This document shows, one piece after another, positions 14,401-35,121 of a stretch of 64,000 nucleotides of DNA. The DNA comes from Orbicella franksi (taxonomy: Eukaryota), in the NCBI GenBank assembly GCA_964199315.1, contig OZ116704.1, forward strand, positions 4,092,001 through 4,156,000. Reading direction: 5' to 3'. The notes below the pieces were generated by a model. It ran no database searches. It had not been told where the DNA came from and saw nothing but the letters and a program-made list of their open reading frames with translations. Each line of letters opens with the position of its first letter. The stretch's first letter is position 1. The translations under genes and the position numbers were made by a program.

Positions 14401-17400
14401 TATGTACTAACAGCTTTTCTCTCTTCAAATAAAAGATGTTCATACCTTATCTACCAGATGTTCTGTTACAACTTGTTTGAGTCCAGAGTATAACCTCTCT
14501 CCATGCTTATGCAACACCATGGTATAAGCATTCCTGCTCAAATCAAAAGTTGCCATTAACAGGGCATCAATGACATTGTTCTCACTATTGGTGTATCCAT
14601 AAAGAAAACATTTAAAATAGATTGAAGATCGTCACAGTGAGATTTGATTGTTCCCAATGCATATTAAACAAAACATTTGTGTTTCCAACTGAATTAAGTC
14701 ATTTTACATGTATGTTACCTGTACAATTCTTCAAAACTCAGGCCACTGTTGTTCTTTTTCTGAATCTCCTGAATGGCATTCTTTAATAAATTCCAGATGT
14801 CTTCGACATACTTGTCATCCATAGTCATCTAATCGGGGAAAAATATTATTGTATAACCATGACATTTCACCCACTGTATCCAAAATAATTATAAAATCAC
14901 TCGGGATAATAAGTTAAGACAATTCTATTTCAAGTTGTTGCACAGAATATTAGTCACTAATGAAGAACTTACTCGATTTGGAATAACTGACTGTGTCAAA
15001 TGTGTTCTGTGTGGTGAAAATGACTCTATTGAACATGCATTCTTTGATTGTCAATCTCTCTTGAAATTATGTGATGAGTCTCTTCAATGGTTCAATAGTT
15101 TACACCAAATCAATGTCAGCCTAACCCAGGTACAATGCTTTCTCAATTTACCACCACCAAACACCAATCTTTCTGATAACCAAACAAAGGATTTGCGTCT
15201 TCTTCTGTTATACGCAAAGCAATACCACTATGCTTGCAAAACAATGCAAAAGAAACAAGATACTTCTGAATTCATATCTAAATTTATTATCCAGCTTGAA
15301 ATAGACAAATGACTTGACGTGACTATGTTGCCCTTTCCCCCAGCTATATACATTTTTACAAAGCTAGAGAGACATATTTTTTGTAATATTTACTACCATA
15401 TATATTATCAACTATTTTTCATTAGAATATTATCAGTTGTAACAACCCTCTTTTCTGTACTACTTTTGTAATTTGTTGCAATATTGTAATATGTTTTTAT
15501 CAATTAAAAAATAATAATAAATAACCACGACATGATGGACAGGAAAAAAACAGCCTTACAAGGAAAACCAAATCATTTGGGTTCAAGTATGGATGGAGAT
15601 TACCACCCACCCACTTGATCAGGGAGAACAAACCAGGGCAGGAAAAAACCCAGGTCCAACTTCCCGGGGCAAGTGAAAATGGGAGTTTTGTGGTCTGCTG
15701 GGCAAGTGAAATTAGCCTCAATAGTCTTGTTAGTGATAATTTCCAATCAAAAACAATTTCAAATCTTAACACTACAACATGAGCAAAACAATCAGTTGAA
15801 AGCATGGATTAATTCAAACTCCAAGCAAACTTGGTTACAGACAGTTTCCAGTAAATGATGTAGTCGATGAGGCATGAAGATTGCGTGCCTATCAAGCAAG
15901 TAATATTTTAGTGGGGGTAACTGAAAACTGAAATGTACTGGCCTACGGGGCAACTGGATTTAAAATTTTTGATATGACAAGCATTTTGTTTACAAGTTAC
16001 CACAGAATACAGGCAAACTCTCTCCTAGTAAGTACATGTAGAATACAGATATGTTTTAGGTTATTGTATTTGATATTCAAAATTGTCAGAATTACCTCTG
16101 GTCAATTTAGAATTTAAATTCACAGGTATAAGATGGTATAAAATATTTTATGCAAAGTAGAAATCTAAAAATAGGGTTTTGATTTCTAAAATAAACCATC
16201 ATGAGTAAATTGGTGCCATTTAAGACTAGTTAAAAGCTATCACCATTCTCATAACCAATAGCCATAGTTGTAGCTTGATAGGACATATCTTAATCAAGAA
16301 CAAACAGAGGTCAGATGGAACTTAAAGACACTTACAAAAGCAGTGAGAGCAGCCGTTTTTTTATGTGGGCTGAGTGATGGTTATAATTCTTACATACTAT
16401 TCTTGTGTGAGTCATGTTCTCACAGGTAATTTTTTTATGTTGATAAATGTTCAAAGTAACATATTTTCTCTCAAAAATCTCATTCTATGCCTTTTCAGTT
16501 TGAAATATTCTCATTGCTTTAAGGGGCATGTGCCATAGGAACAGGTCATTTTACATGCCTGAAATAAGCATTAGTCATCAGCCACACAAATTCTCACATA
16601 TGGCATTGGGCTGACCATAATGGAGGCTAGGTTGGTCATTTTCACTGTTCATTTCTCAAATGGCTAATATATGGTATGTTGGCTCCATGACCAATCACAC
16701 CAATTTTCCTGCCTCAGGACATTTATATATTTTTAGGTTTAAAGTTCTGGGTTTATGGTATACAATGCCCTTCAGAAAGCATAAAATGTATCACTTGTTT
16801 TTAGGGCTAGTCCATTTTAAACCTTAAACTTTCTATGAAAAAAGTAAGTTTTTCCAGTCACCCAAACGCAAAAGTTAGTTGCCTGTGGAACCTGGGTGCT
16901 TCTAGAGCAGAGCCCTGGACTTGACACCTGTGTGGGGGGAACAGCTCTTTGGAGGAAAAGCCCTTTAGAGTACCCTCATCAAGTCCCTGTACTGTTCCAG
17001 TGAGATTACACAAGGTATAGGGTGTGTTTTGGTTTTCACGACAATTTCAAACTACTGCTTAGATTCAATTTGCTTGGATTTATGCATAGAAATAATATTG
17101 TTATTTTTTAACATCTTTGAGTCTTGAAGAGTAAACCCAGGACTACTTCTCATCAGTGAATCATCATTTTGTGAACAAATCTTTGATTTTGTAGAAGAAT
17201 GTTCCGAGGAAAGTAAATAAGTTCTCTCAGCTCAACATGGCAATGTTAGAAGGAGGAAGTCAGAATTTGAGAAATGATGATGACACTAAGAGTGGAAATT
17301 CAAAGCAATTTGGAAAAGGATAGGCATTAATTACCTTGTACTTCAGTTTATAGTACTCCACTTGAAAGAAAATTTTGTACTGAACCATTTGAGTTATGAT

Positions 17401-18450
17401 TTATAAGGATTAGAACAATCCTGGAATGCACGGGTTCTGAACGAGTTCTTGTGAACTCCTTGGTGCTCTGTTGGTAAACAAATTACATATTTTTACATTT
17501 ACATTTTTATATGCTGTGGGTGATGGAATTTCCTTGAAAAATCTGCCAGTTAAACGGTTAAAATATGAGTTACGCAACCTGACCCATAATAAGTAAAATC
17601 TTCCAAAGCGTTTTGTGTTTGCACTAGCAAATTTGCAAAATGCAGGATGGAACGAAAGTCATGCCCAATAGCTGGAGCTAGTGGATTTTGCTGCTAGAGT
17701 AGTAGTTTGTATCATTCACCTGTCTGATGGGAAGGTGAAGGTCAGAATCGCCAAGTGAAGTTTTTGGGGATAAATTTTCAGAAAATTCAAAAGAGAAGAA
17801 CTTTACAGAGATCAAAGTATTACTAATTAATTACGCCTGTGGGTTAATTTTTTTCAAGTTAGTGGCTAAACATTCCAGTTACAGCCTGGCCAAAGAGCGA
17901 GCTGGAAACTGACTCTCTTTGCACCCCAAGGACACATTTACAATTATGAACAACAACGATATTAGGGAAAGGTCAATAGAAATTTGTCAATAAAGATATG
18001 AAAACCTCGAAATATGTGTGAAAATGATGAGAACCCAAGAATAGAAATGCATAATTTGTAAATGCAACCAAACTTCCGCAATGTACAAAGTGCAAAATTG
18101 AATAAAATTGGCCTGCTTCGTGCGAAGCAATATTTTTGTAATCTGGCGTAAGTGATCAGTTTGCGACCAAATATCAATACTTTAATATTACCTTACAGTG
18201 TAAATAAATCAAGCTTTTTGAATCGGGTGCAAATCGCGCCAAAATACGACTTGCTCGACATATAAACGCCCGAATACCTTAAGTTATTGTTTCATACGAG
18301 GAAAATAAAAACAAATTTCTACACTATAGTCGACTGCATTAACGTTAAACGCATAATTAAACTTTTTTTAAGGTTGCTGAACAAGTTTATGCTTACCGGA
18401 AAAGCCCGAATCCTCATCTTTGTGTCTTTCTTCCCAGTTCGCATACTCAT
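2453..18450 (-). CDS. CUL3: Cullin-3, 26 coding exons, 753 aa
   Basis: Exons: 18397-18450, 14719-14828, 14446-14533, 14158-14271, 13388-13459, 12529-12617, 12288-12402, 11896-11949, 11721-11798, 11506-11602, 11039-11190, 10580-10666, 10131-10220, 9435-9503, 8916-9017, 8257-8364, 7514-7638, 7127-7178, 6597-6638, 6345-6446, 5651-5768, 4893-4961, 4737-4809, 4001-4070, 3000-3106, 2453-2477 (2262 nt, all GT-AG, in frame). Hallmarks: [38 protein letters not shown], neddylation motif [14 protein letters not shown]-terminus [19 protein letters not shown]. Confidence 0.97.
3187..3618. mobile_element. MITE with G/C-run termini and 8-bp TSD
   Basis: Begins gccggggggatac, ends agggagtaccaccgccctctccc. 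AGTTATTA lies at both 3179-3186 and 3619-3626. Confidence 0.7.
4071..4736 (-). other. U12-type (minor spliceosome) GT-AG intron in CUL3
   Basis: 5' splice site GTATCCTTTT. Branch site TCCTTAAC at 4084-4091, about 13 nt from the AG. No polypyrimidine tract. Confidence 0.9.
5162..5308. mobile_element. Degenerate palindromic MITE
   Basis: Imperfect inverted ends aattaggtcgtgtcctggtgtaccggt / accggtacacgaggacagaacccaaaatt. Confidence 0.45.
6016..6317. mobile_element. PIF/Harbinger-like MITE, related to 53649-54021
   Basis: Starts GGCCCCGTCCACACTA, ends TAGAGTGGGCGGACC. Internal TTTTGAAAACG repeats are shared with the 53649 copy. Confidence 0.7.
7763..8164. mobile_element. TA-flanked MITE (Tc1/mariner-like)
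   Basis: TIRs CATTACTTGCAAAAA / TTTTTCGCAAGTAATG with TA on both sides; internal TTTCGGAC repeats. Confidence 0.65.
8744..8888. mobile_element. Short palindromic MITE
   Basis: Inverted ends ggccctggttgtttgaaaggttgataatgctatccac / gtggatagcattatccagtcttttaacgactgggcg. Confidence 0.7.
9641..9815. mobile_element. Short MITE
   Basis: Imperfect inverted ends gcccatttccgagttgcc / ggtaatttggaaatggcc. Confidence 0.55.
12760..13165 (-). mobile_element. Degenerate tRNA-derived SINE
   Basis: Reverse complement shows a SINE head (gtagccttatggtcagtgtgctagactcagg...ttgcgttgtg) and a tail resembling the other copies; heavily diverged. Confidence 0.45.
14866..15520 (+). mobile_element. 5'-truncated L1/Tx1-like non-LTR retrotransposon (C-terminal CCHC zinc-finger region), antisense in CUL3 intron 1
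   Basis: Open frame 14866-15312 with [17 protein letters not shown]...[17 protein letters not shown], then a 3' UTR and a (TAA)n tail. 13-bp TSD ATAACCATGACAT (14853-14865) / ATAACCACGACAT (15521-15533). Confidence 0.85.
15634..15976. mobile_element. CAGGG-ended non-autonomous DNA transposon, 6-bp TSD
   Basis: Starts CAGGGCAGGAAAAAA; internal ctgctgggcaagt shared with the 45050 copy; flanks ACAAAC / ACAAGC. The right TIR is degenerate. Confidence 0.55.
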
Positions 18451-18877
18451 TTTCGAAATCTGTTGAAAGCAACTCCCTTCCGCACAAAACCTTTTCTTTC
18501 TGTGACAGCTTCTACAAATTTCGACGATTTTCGTTAAAACAAACAACCTTCTTTCCACACATCGAAATCTGGAGCTTTAGGGTGTCATTTCCCCTTGCAA
18601 TTCTCAAGTCACTGGCAAGATGTCAGCCTCCATTTTGCTTTACAGCAGTGGACAAACCGGAGCCATTAAATAACCCACAATGCATTTAGAACTGACGTCA
18701 TGCAATCATTTGCGCCTGCGCAGACGCTTGCGCGATGAAGGCCTGGCTACCGAGGAAAACAAGGCCTGGGTTCTAAGCTGCACGTACAAATGCAGTGAGT
18801 CGTCTTCCTTTGCCACTGTGAGAAATCTTGTTGTTTTAATCGCAATGTGGAAATCTTAGTTTTGATCAAACATCGAA
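18451..18877. promoter_or_regulatory. Probable bidirectional promoter shared by CUL3 and RCBTB1
   Basis: 427 bp between divergent ATGs. Perfect CRE palindrome TGACGTCA (18693-18700), NRF1-like TGCGCCTGCGCA (18711-18722), locally CpG-rich. Confidence 0.75.
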
Positions 18878-28094
<9,217 letters not shown>

Positions 28095-29771
28095 CGCTAG
28101 GAAGTGAATAGTAGTATGTCACCTTTCATGATAGAGGAAAATGGCCTTATTACGTTCCTTGTCTTGTCTTGTTTGCAAAGTTTACAAGCTGTTTACAGGG
28201 GGGTTGAAGAGATGTCCTGGGAGCGAAGTTGAGCGGGCGTCCGAGCTAGTGCGGCTCTCCCCAGCCCCTTTTCTTGAACTTTTCGTCGGCCGTGAAGTTG
28301 AGCCCTACTCGCAACCTCGTTTCCAGGGTTTTTCCTGACAACGAGATTGCCCTAATCGCCCGAGGCCTCTCGCTTGAACCATTACCTGGATCTTTTACTA
28401 AGTTTGCCTCTTGTGAACTTGATATCAGAATGCTAGCAAAACAAAAAAAAACGTGACCGTTTAAAGACACTGACTTTTTCAGCGTTTCCTTCCAACTGTA
28501 GTATTTTACTGTGGCTGTGCCTGATGTACCATAAGTTATATTTAACGTAAATTCACAAAAAATCCTTCTGGATAGATTCTCAAAATTAAACGGTGAAATT
28601 GCGCATAATATATATCAAAGTACAAAATGATTGAGCAATGTTTAAGAAAGTATTTAATGATTATTGTATAATTTGTAAATCATAAATTGAATGATGTTTC
28701 AGTAGTGTATTTATTGCTATAGGATCTGAAAACTAATATATTAAAGGTCGTCTGCAGTAATAAATTTGTTTTCCTTTGCTCTCTTAATTAAAGAACATGA
28801 TCATTTAATCCAAGGGCTTAGCCAGGATTTTTCAAAGGGGAGGGGGGGGGGGGATCACACTGTGTCAAAGTGTGGGTACTAACCAGATTGTCATATCTTT
28901 TTGGCCACCTGTTGTAGATTGTTTCGTTTTCATCCAAACATGACTTTAAGCTAAAGCTTTAGCATTTTCACTCATCGCGATGGATGCGTGCTCAACACAG
29001 TCTGTCAACATTCTAGAGACATTTAATGCGTACCAACTGGTACAGATTTTATAAGTTAGATTTCTGCTCCTACAATTTCCACATCTTATGGTTTACGCGA
29101 TCTGGTAAAGGGGAGGTCAACGTGTATCGTTTTGTGTCCAAACATTACATAGTTCAGATCACTACTGTATGTGCTTTTTTGTAATGATCCCTTGTCACAC
29201 CTCGCCATCAATGCGTCATCGTGCATGAAGTTGATGCGTACAGGGACACATTTTGTTTTTTTCTCCTCGCAGACAATTTGGAAATCTTTGTTTTGGTAAC
29301 ACCCCACGATTTGACACTACTTTAAGAAATAAAGGTTATTGCAAGCCTTGGAACGTGCAGGTAGATGAATCACTGCGTAAAATATGTCACCGTCAACAGA
29401 ATGTGCCGCAGCGTTACTATCTCTTAGATACCCTAGTTTGAAAAAATAACGTTAGATTGATGAGCCCGTAATGTGTTACAGTAATACTCACCTTCTACGG
29501 CTGGTACTTGACCTTACATTTTAAAGTTAACATCTTTGCAAGATGTGGAACGTATATTTAATAGTCGGATCCTGGTTAATGACCCATAATTTTTTTGTGG
29601 ATTTCAATTTTATTTTGCAAACCAACAGTATTTGACATGAAAACGACAAGTAGTTTCGAAAGAAATTATAAAGGTGAGAAGATTGACCTGCTCTGCGAAA
29701 ATTTCATCGCAGAATCATCGAAAAACCCGGGCATATCCAAAACGAAAACGTTTTTCATGAAGGATCCAAAT

Positions 29772-30002
29772 CCTGGCTCACACTTGTGAGATAAACATAG
29801 CCTGTGTACATCCGCCAGCCCTTCCCCTCCAAAAAAATATCCCCGATTTTTTTGAGGGGCGTGGGGGATGTACAGTACAGGCTAGATAAGAATAACAGAA
29901 GTGAAATAAGCAGAAGCATAAGCACAAGATAAAGAAACATTTTCCTTTTTCTTGTGCTCACGCTTATCTGGGGGGGTCTGATCTCACAAGTGTGAACCAG
30001 CT
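29772..30002. mobile_element. Nested MITEs
   Basis: Outer TIRs ctggctcacacttgtgaga / tctcacaagtgtgaaccag. Inner palindromic element 29798-29884 TAGCCTGTGTACA...TGTACAGTACAGGCTA. Confidence 0.6.
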
Positions 30003-30867
30003 TGCCGGAACTGCAAAACGAGGGAAGTTGTCAATCAAAACCTAACCACGATGAACATCTGCCAAGAGGCTAGATCGGGTAAACTGTTGCTGAAAATTGG
30101 TCAAAATTTTAACTGTCAGCAGGTAAATTAGTCAATGAGGTGTTTTTGACTGATAGCTGAGAAACGGGCTGCCATGTAAACTAACAGCTGGGTATTACAG
30201 ACTGTAAATCGCCGAAAATTCTTACTGATAGGATTCATATGGCCTATGAATTCAAAGGGTTAGGTCACAGCCTTCCAGCGTGACGTTATTAATTTTCAGC
30301 CTGTCCAAATCGGCCAATAAATTCCGGTTTTTTCAAAACCCACGTACAGTTATAGTCCTGTCAACTCTGTAAAAGAATTAGACGAAAAGTGAGCTACAGT
30401 TGGGTGAGCCATACGAACGGTTGAAACCCTGCAAGAAGAAATTTAGTTCTGCAAAACAATTTGTATCAATTTTTCAAAGGGAAGAAAAAAAAGAAATTTG
30501 CAAACTTGTGTTAATTATTGGCTATCTAGTAATTGAGTAATTGACATTGATGAGAGAAGTCATTGTTGATAAGAGATCAAATAGTCTGGCACGAAGGGAT
30601 CAGGTTACTCCAAATGAACTTGAGGAATGCGACTCATTACGAAGTCAGTGCTAGTGATCAGAGCAGCGGGCTTTCCTTCTTTGTACTGCACTGGTGAGCT
30701 AAATTTCTATTCTTTTGTGCCTTGTGGATTCGTGTCAGAAGGTGGGCATTGTCTAGGACATTGTCTGCCGAATAGCAAACAAAGTGTTTCAAAAAGAACG
30801 GGAGATTTAATGCGCTTGACCTTTCAGACTTCTCAAGCGGCTTGAAGAAGTGACAGAGGGTAACAAG

Positions 30868-33800
30868 ATGCGTGCGTTTGTAGTCAGTCTTCTGTTGTGG
30901 AATTTGGCTTCCCTTGCAGCTAGTACAGGAGAATCGGTGAGTTGGAATTAATATTTCTTATGACTAGATAGAGTTTAATTTATTACCCTGGGAAAGGCCA
31001 TTAATCTACCGTGATTTCTCACACTCTGGAAAGACGAGAACAGTTTGTAATTGTTTTCCTTCACTCGTTGTTTGGTAGTCATTTCTTGCTCAAGTTACAC
31101 AAGAAATCTTTTTACACCGAAAGTTTTTTTAAGTAAAAAAAGTAGTAACATTTTATAATGCAAATGGTGCTGCTGTGTTTAAACAGTGAAAATGTCAGAC
31201 ACCCATCGTTGACGGGATCTGAATGGGAGAATTAACACGCGATGTATATAAACCCGATGGAAATGTCTTTATTACCGGTAACAAATTTTGATACTTTAAA
31301 TATAAAGCAATTAAGTTCCCAGTGGAATAGCAAAAACACAAAGTATAAATTCATTCGAGAGTTAAAGAAAAGTTTGCCTGTTCAGTGTTGTATTACAACT
31401 AAAATCATCTCTGGATTTCCAGTATTGATCGGTTGCCAAATTACGCCTGACAAAGGCATTTTACAAAATGAACAAATTTAAAATACTTCCATTGCTGTTG
31501 ATGATAAGCATGTTTAATTACTGTAACATGATTTCTGTATCTTAGCGTTTTGTTGAGCAAGATAAGGAATCACTTGACTCAGAGAATGAAGGTAATGTAA
31601 ACCTTAACTTTTAATGTCAACTGTATAAACATATTGCAGTGTGTTTGTCATGGGAGGGGAGAGTGTGGTTTAATATTGTCTCATCACAAGGCTTGCATAA
31701 CAGGCCCCTACTGAAAGTTGCAAGGAGTACACCCACTCCCCTACTGGAAGATACCTACACTCAATATATTGTCTGGTCGATAATATAACTGACAGTTTCT
31801 GCAAACCAAACAGATCTTTTAAACAGTAAAAAACCTATAATAATGTTACTTGAAAAAATATTGATGCTTTGAGGCCACCAAACAGTCACTAAGCCTATGG
31901 CGAGGTCCTATAAAGGATTTTTGTTATATGAGATATTTCTGGGAAAAATTAATGGGATCAGAGATATTGAGAACAGATTTTCTGGGATATTGAGTGGGAA
32001 AATTGAAAGTTTTTGAAATCAAAATTTACACGATGCAGGATATTTTGGCCAGAAATTAATGGGATATGGGTTACTCAGGGATATAGGTTAACAGGGCCTC
32101 AATGGCTGAAATTAAGGACAGAAACACTAAATATAGTGTCTAACCTACAGGTAAACTGTTGAAACAGAGGAAGATTAGCATGGTATGCATGGCTGTGATT
32201 TTATTTGCATTTTTAGATCCTTGTATCAATGTCGTATGTCACACCGGTCAGGAGTGTGTTGTTGTCGATAATAATGCTGCCTGTGTGTGCAGGAAGTCAT
32301 GCCCTGATCACGAAAAACCAGTCTGCGGGTCGAATGGAATGACATTTCCAAACCACTGTGAGTTGCACAGGACTTCCTGTTTAGAGAGAAAGAAGATTTC
32401 CATCAAGTATGAAGGAGAATGCCAGGGACTACCAACTCAACCTCCTTTAACTGCAATGAATAATCAGTGGAAACCTAGTAAGTTATATGAGTTTTGTTTT
32501 TGGGGTTTGAGCTGTTGTGTAATGATGTGTGGTTTGAGGAAATATCCATACCCACCCCAAGGAGGGTAGGAGGAGTGTTTTTGGAAATTCCATGGTGGAG
32601 GGGGGTCTCAAAAGCCAGAATTTTTAAAGGAAAGCCATGAAGCAAAACTGGAATTTCCAGAGAGGTGGGGGGGGGGGGGGGGGGGAGGGAGTCAAACCAA
32701 AAAAATCCTCATGGAAGGGTATGGATATTTTCTGGAAGAATACAATCAGTTAGAGCTCTGGGACCTGTTTCTCAAAAGCCTGGAAACTTTTCGAGCCAGT
32801 AAAGTCGTAGCAAAATCTCAAACCTTATGATTACAGAGCTGTTTTATTCACATATTCTTAATATGAAGAGAAGTTCCCTTCATACAAGAAGTTTCAGGCG
32901 TATACACTTCTCCGTTTTTAGATACAGATGGACTAAACATGGCTTTACGGGCCCAAAAAGGTTCTGGGGTTTTTGAGAAACAGGCCCCTGGCTAGGGTCA
33001 CAGTGTTTTGTTCTAATGGGCAAGCAACTTTCCTCTCAACACTTCTCCAACATCTTGGTGTAAACAAATGGGTACCTGAACAAGTCTACATTGGTTTTGA
33101 CAAAATCTCATAGTTCCTCTAGCTAAGACTGCTAGATAGTAACTGAACAGAATGTTCCTTCTCTGTCATTCAGTTGTTTGCTATGAACATGACCGTGATG
33201 AAATACGTAATCATTTGATTGGATGGTTAAAGAATCAAAACAAGTCACCAGAAGAACTTGATGGCTACAGAAACCTCCTGCAGTCTTACTTTGACATGGT
33301 GGATGAAAACGATGATGGCAAACTTGATGCTACAGAGTTCCGAGAGTTTGTTGGGGCTAATCAATCTATAGCAGAGGTAGAGTGGACAGTGCATTCCTTC
33401 TCTGGTTTGATCCCTCCACTCCTCTAGAAAATTATAGTCCAACTTCATACTTTAAAAATATCTTGCCTTTTGAGACCTTCCACCCCCTAGAAATTTGAAA
33501 GTGATTATGACCTTCCATTGGCTAGGTATGTAGATTTAGGATTAAAAGCCTTAGTAGCCTGATCCGTTGGTCATCCTCTGATTATGGATAAAAGTCTGGT
33601 TTCAGGCTAGTAGGCCTAAGGGGACTGAGATGCCAAGGCCTTGTACAAATGATTTTAAGCTTAGGAAGCACATTCAAGGAGATGATCTGTCTTGTTTTTT
33701 CAATTTGCAGATTGTAAGTTCAGATGAATACATCAACCCTGTCCTGCAAAATCTTTGTGCTGATGCCCTGCTTTCATTAAGTGATGAGGATTCTGACTGG

Positions 33801-35121
33801 GAGCTGAATATTACCGAGTTCATGAAATGTTTAGATCCACGTGAGTTACAAAAATGTTTACATTCCAATGGCTAGTGTGCTGGATCCTGGATCTAGCAGT
33901 TTGGGTTCAAGTCCTGGCTGGGGTTATTGTGTTCTTGGGTGAGACACTTAGCTTCCACAGCTCCTCCCTGCACCAAGGTGTGCAAATGGGAACCTGGCAA
34001 ATTAGACTCTGGGGCTACCCTGTGATGGGATACAATCCCATCCACAAACCAGAGATTAGCAGTACAATGGCCATGGGCCACTTAAGGCTTGAACACACTC
34101 AGACTTAACTGTAATGTTTAACCAAACATGCAACTTTCCTTTCCAACAGAGTAAATTTAAATATTATCACTAATTTGATGCCTTTCTCTTGCAGAATTCA
34201 AGCCACCAAAGAAAGGTAAATATATATTCCATGAAATCAGAGTATGAATTATTTATGAAATGAACAACCACTGCATGAATGAAATATCAGAGATGTGATA
34301 GAGTATTTGCGATGCAGGTTGTGAGCTGGACAGTGAGGTTTACAGTGATGGTACAGAGATCCCGACAGACTGCAACAGCTGGTAAGGTTTTGTAGCATGT
34401 TTGGTTATGTTGTAGTTTCCAAATCCATACTGTCATGTTTCTATTGTATTTGAGGTATAGATTGAAATACATAGTAAATGTTTGGGAGAACTGAAAAAAG
34501 CTGTGGAAAGATTCACCTGCAGCTTGTGTTCCAATAGCATTTCTCATTCTCCCAAACTTTTGCTTTTGTCTATATAGCTTGATACATAGAAATGCTGAAA
34601 ACTTAAAATATCTCTTAAAATAGAGATCAAGCTGCATTTTATTTTTCCCCTTAGTGTCTGTGCCTGTGGAAACTGGATCTGTACTGCATTGAAATGTGAT
34701 GGTAAGTAAAAGACAGGATATCTACCAGACTCAATTTCCACCCAGACTTAAAGAGGCTATGTCATAGTATTTTGGGTACTTCTATTTACTATTCACATGA
34801 GATATCCTTTGAGGTAACTTACATGTATGGTGGTATAATTTGTTCTTGTTCATAGGGAAGGAATCAAACCAGCCAGGAGCTGAAACAACTGAAGATGACG
34901 TGGAGGAGGAGCCCAGCAAGTTTATTGTGAAAGGTACAGAAGCCAAGGAACAACTTACAAAAGAGATTATTAAACATGACCAAAAAGAAAGAATTCATCT
35001 TCACAAAAAGAAAGTCCTGCCTCTACATAAATCACGGCATCACCACAGGCATAAAAAACATGGCATCCATGGCAACCATGGAAACCATGGCTTGAGAGAG
35101 ACTGGTCATGATGAAAACTGA
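30868..35121 (+). CDS. FSTL1: Follistatin-related protein 1-like secreted protein, 9 exons, 368 aa
   Basis: Exons: 30868-30936, 31546-31591, 32217-32477, 33174-33376, 33711-33840, 34195-34215, 34318-34381, 34655-34701, 34856-35121 (1107 nt). Signal peptide MRAFVVSLLLWNLASLAAS; FOLN+Kazal (PVCGSNGMTFPNHCELHRTSC); two EF-hand-like loops (DENDDGKLDATEF, DEDSDWELNITEF); short VWC (CNSCVCACGNWICT). This is the FSTL1 domain order. Confidence 0.88.
32760..32988. mobile_element. MITE (PIF-like termini)
   Basis: TIRs GGGACCTGTTTCTCAAAA / TTTTGAGAAACAGGCCCC. Confidence 0.65.
33868..34110 (+). mobile_element. Diverged tRNA-derived SINE
   Basis: atggctagtgtgctggatcc...GGGTTCAAGTCCTGGCTGGGG..TTGTGTTCTTGGGTGAGACACTT, homologous to the 20753 copy. 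Confidence 0.65.

Noticed and set aside
32665-32688. Long G runs (also 28838-28853 and the C run at 26815-26845) as functional G-quadruplexes
   Set aside because: They are homopolymer tracts mostly inside repeat elements, error-prone in sequencing, with no evidence of function.
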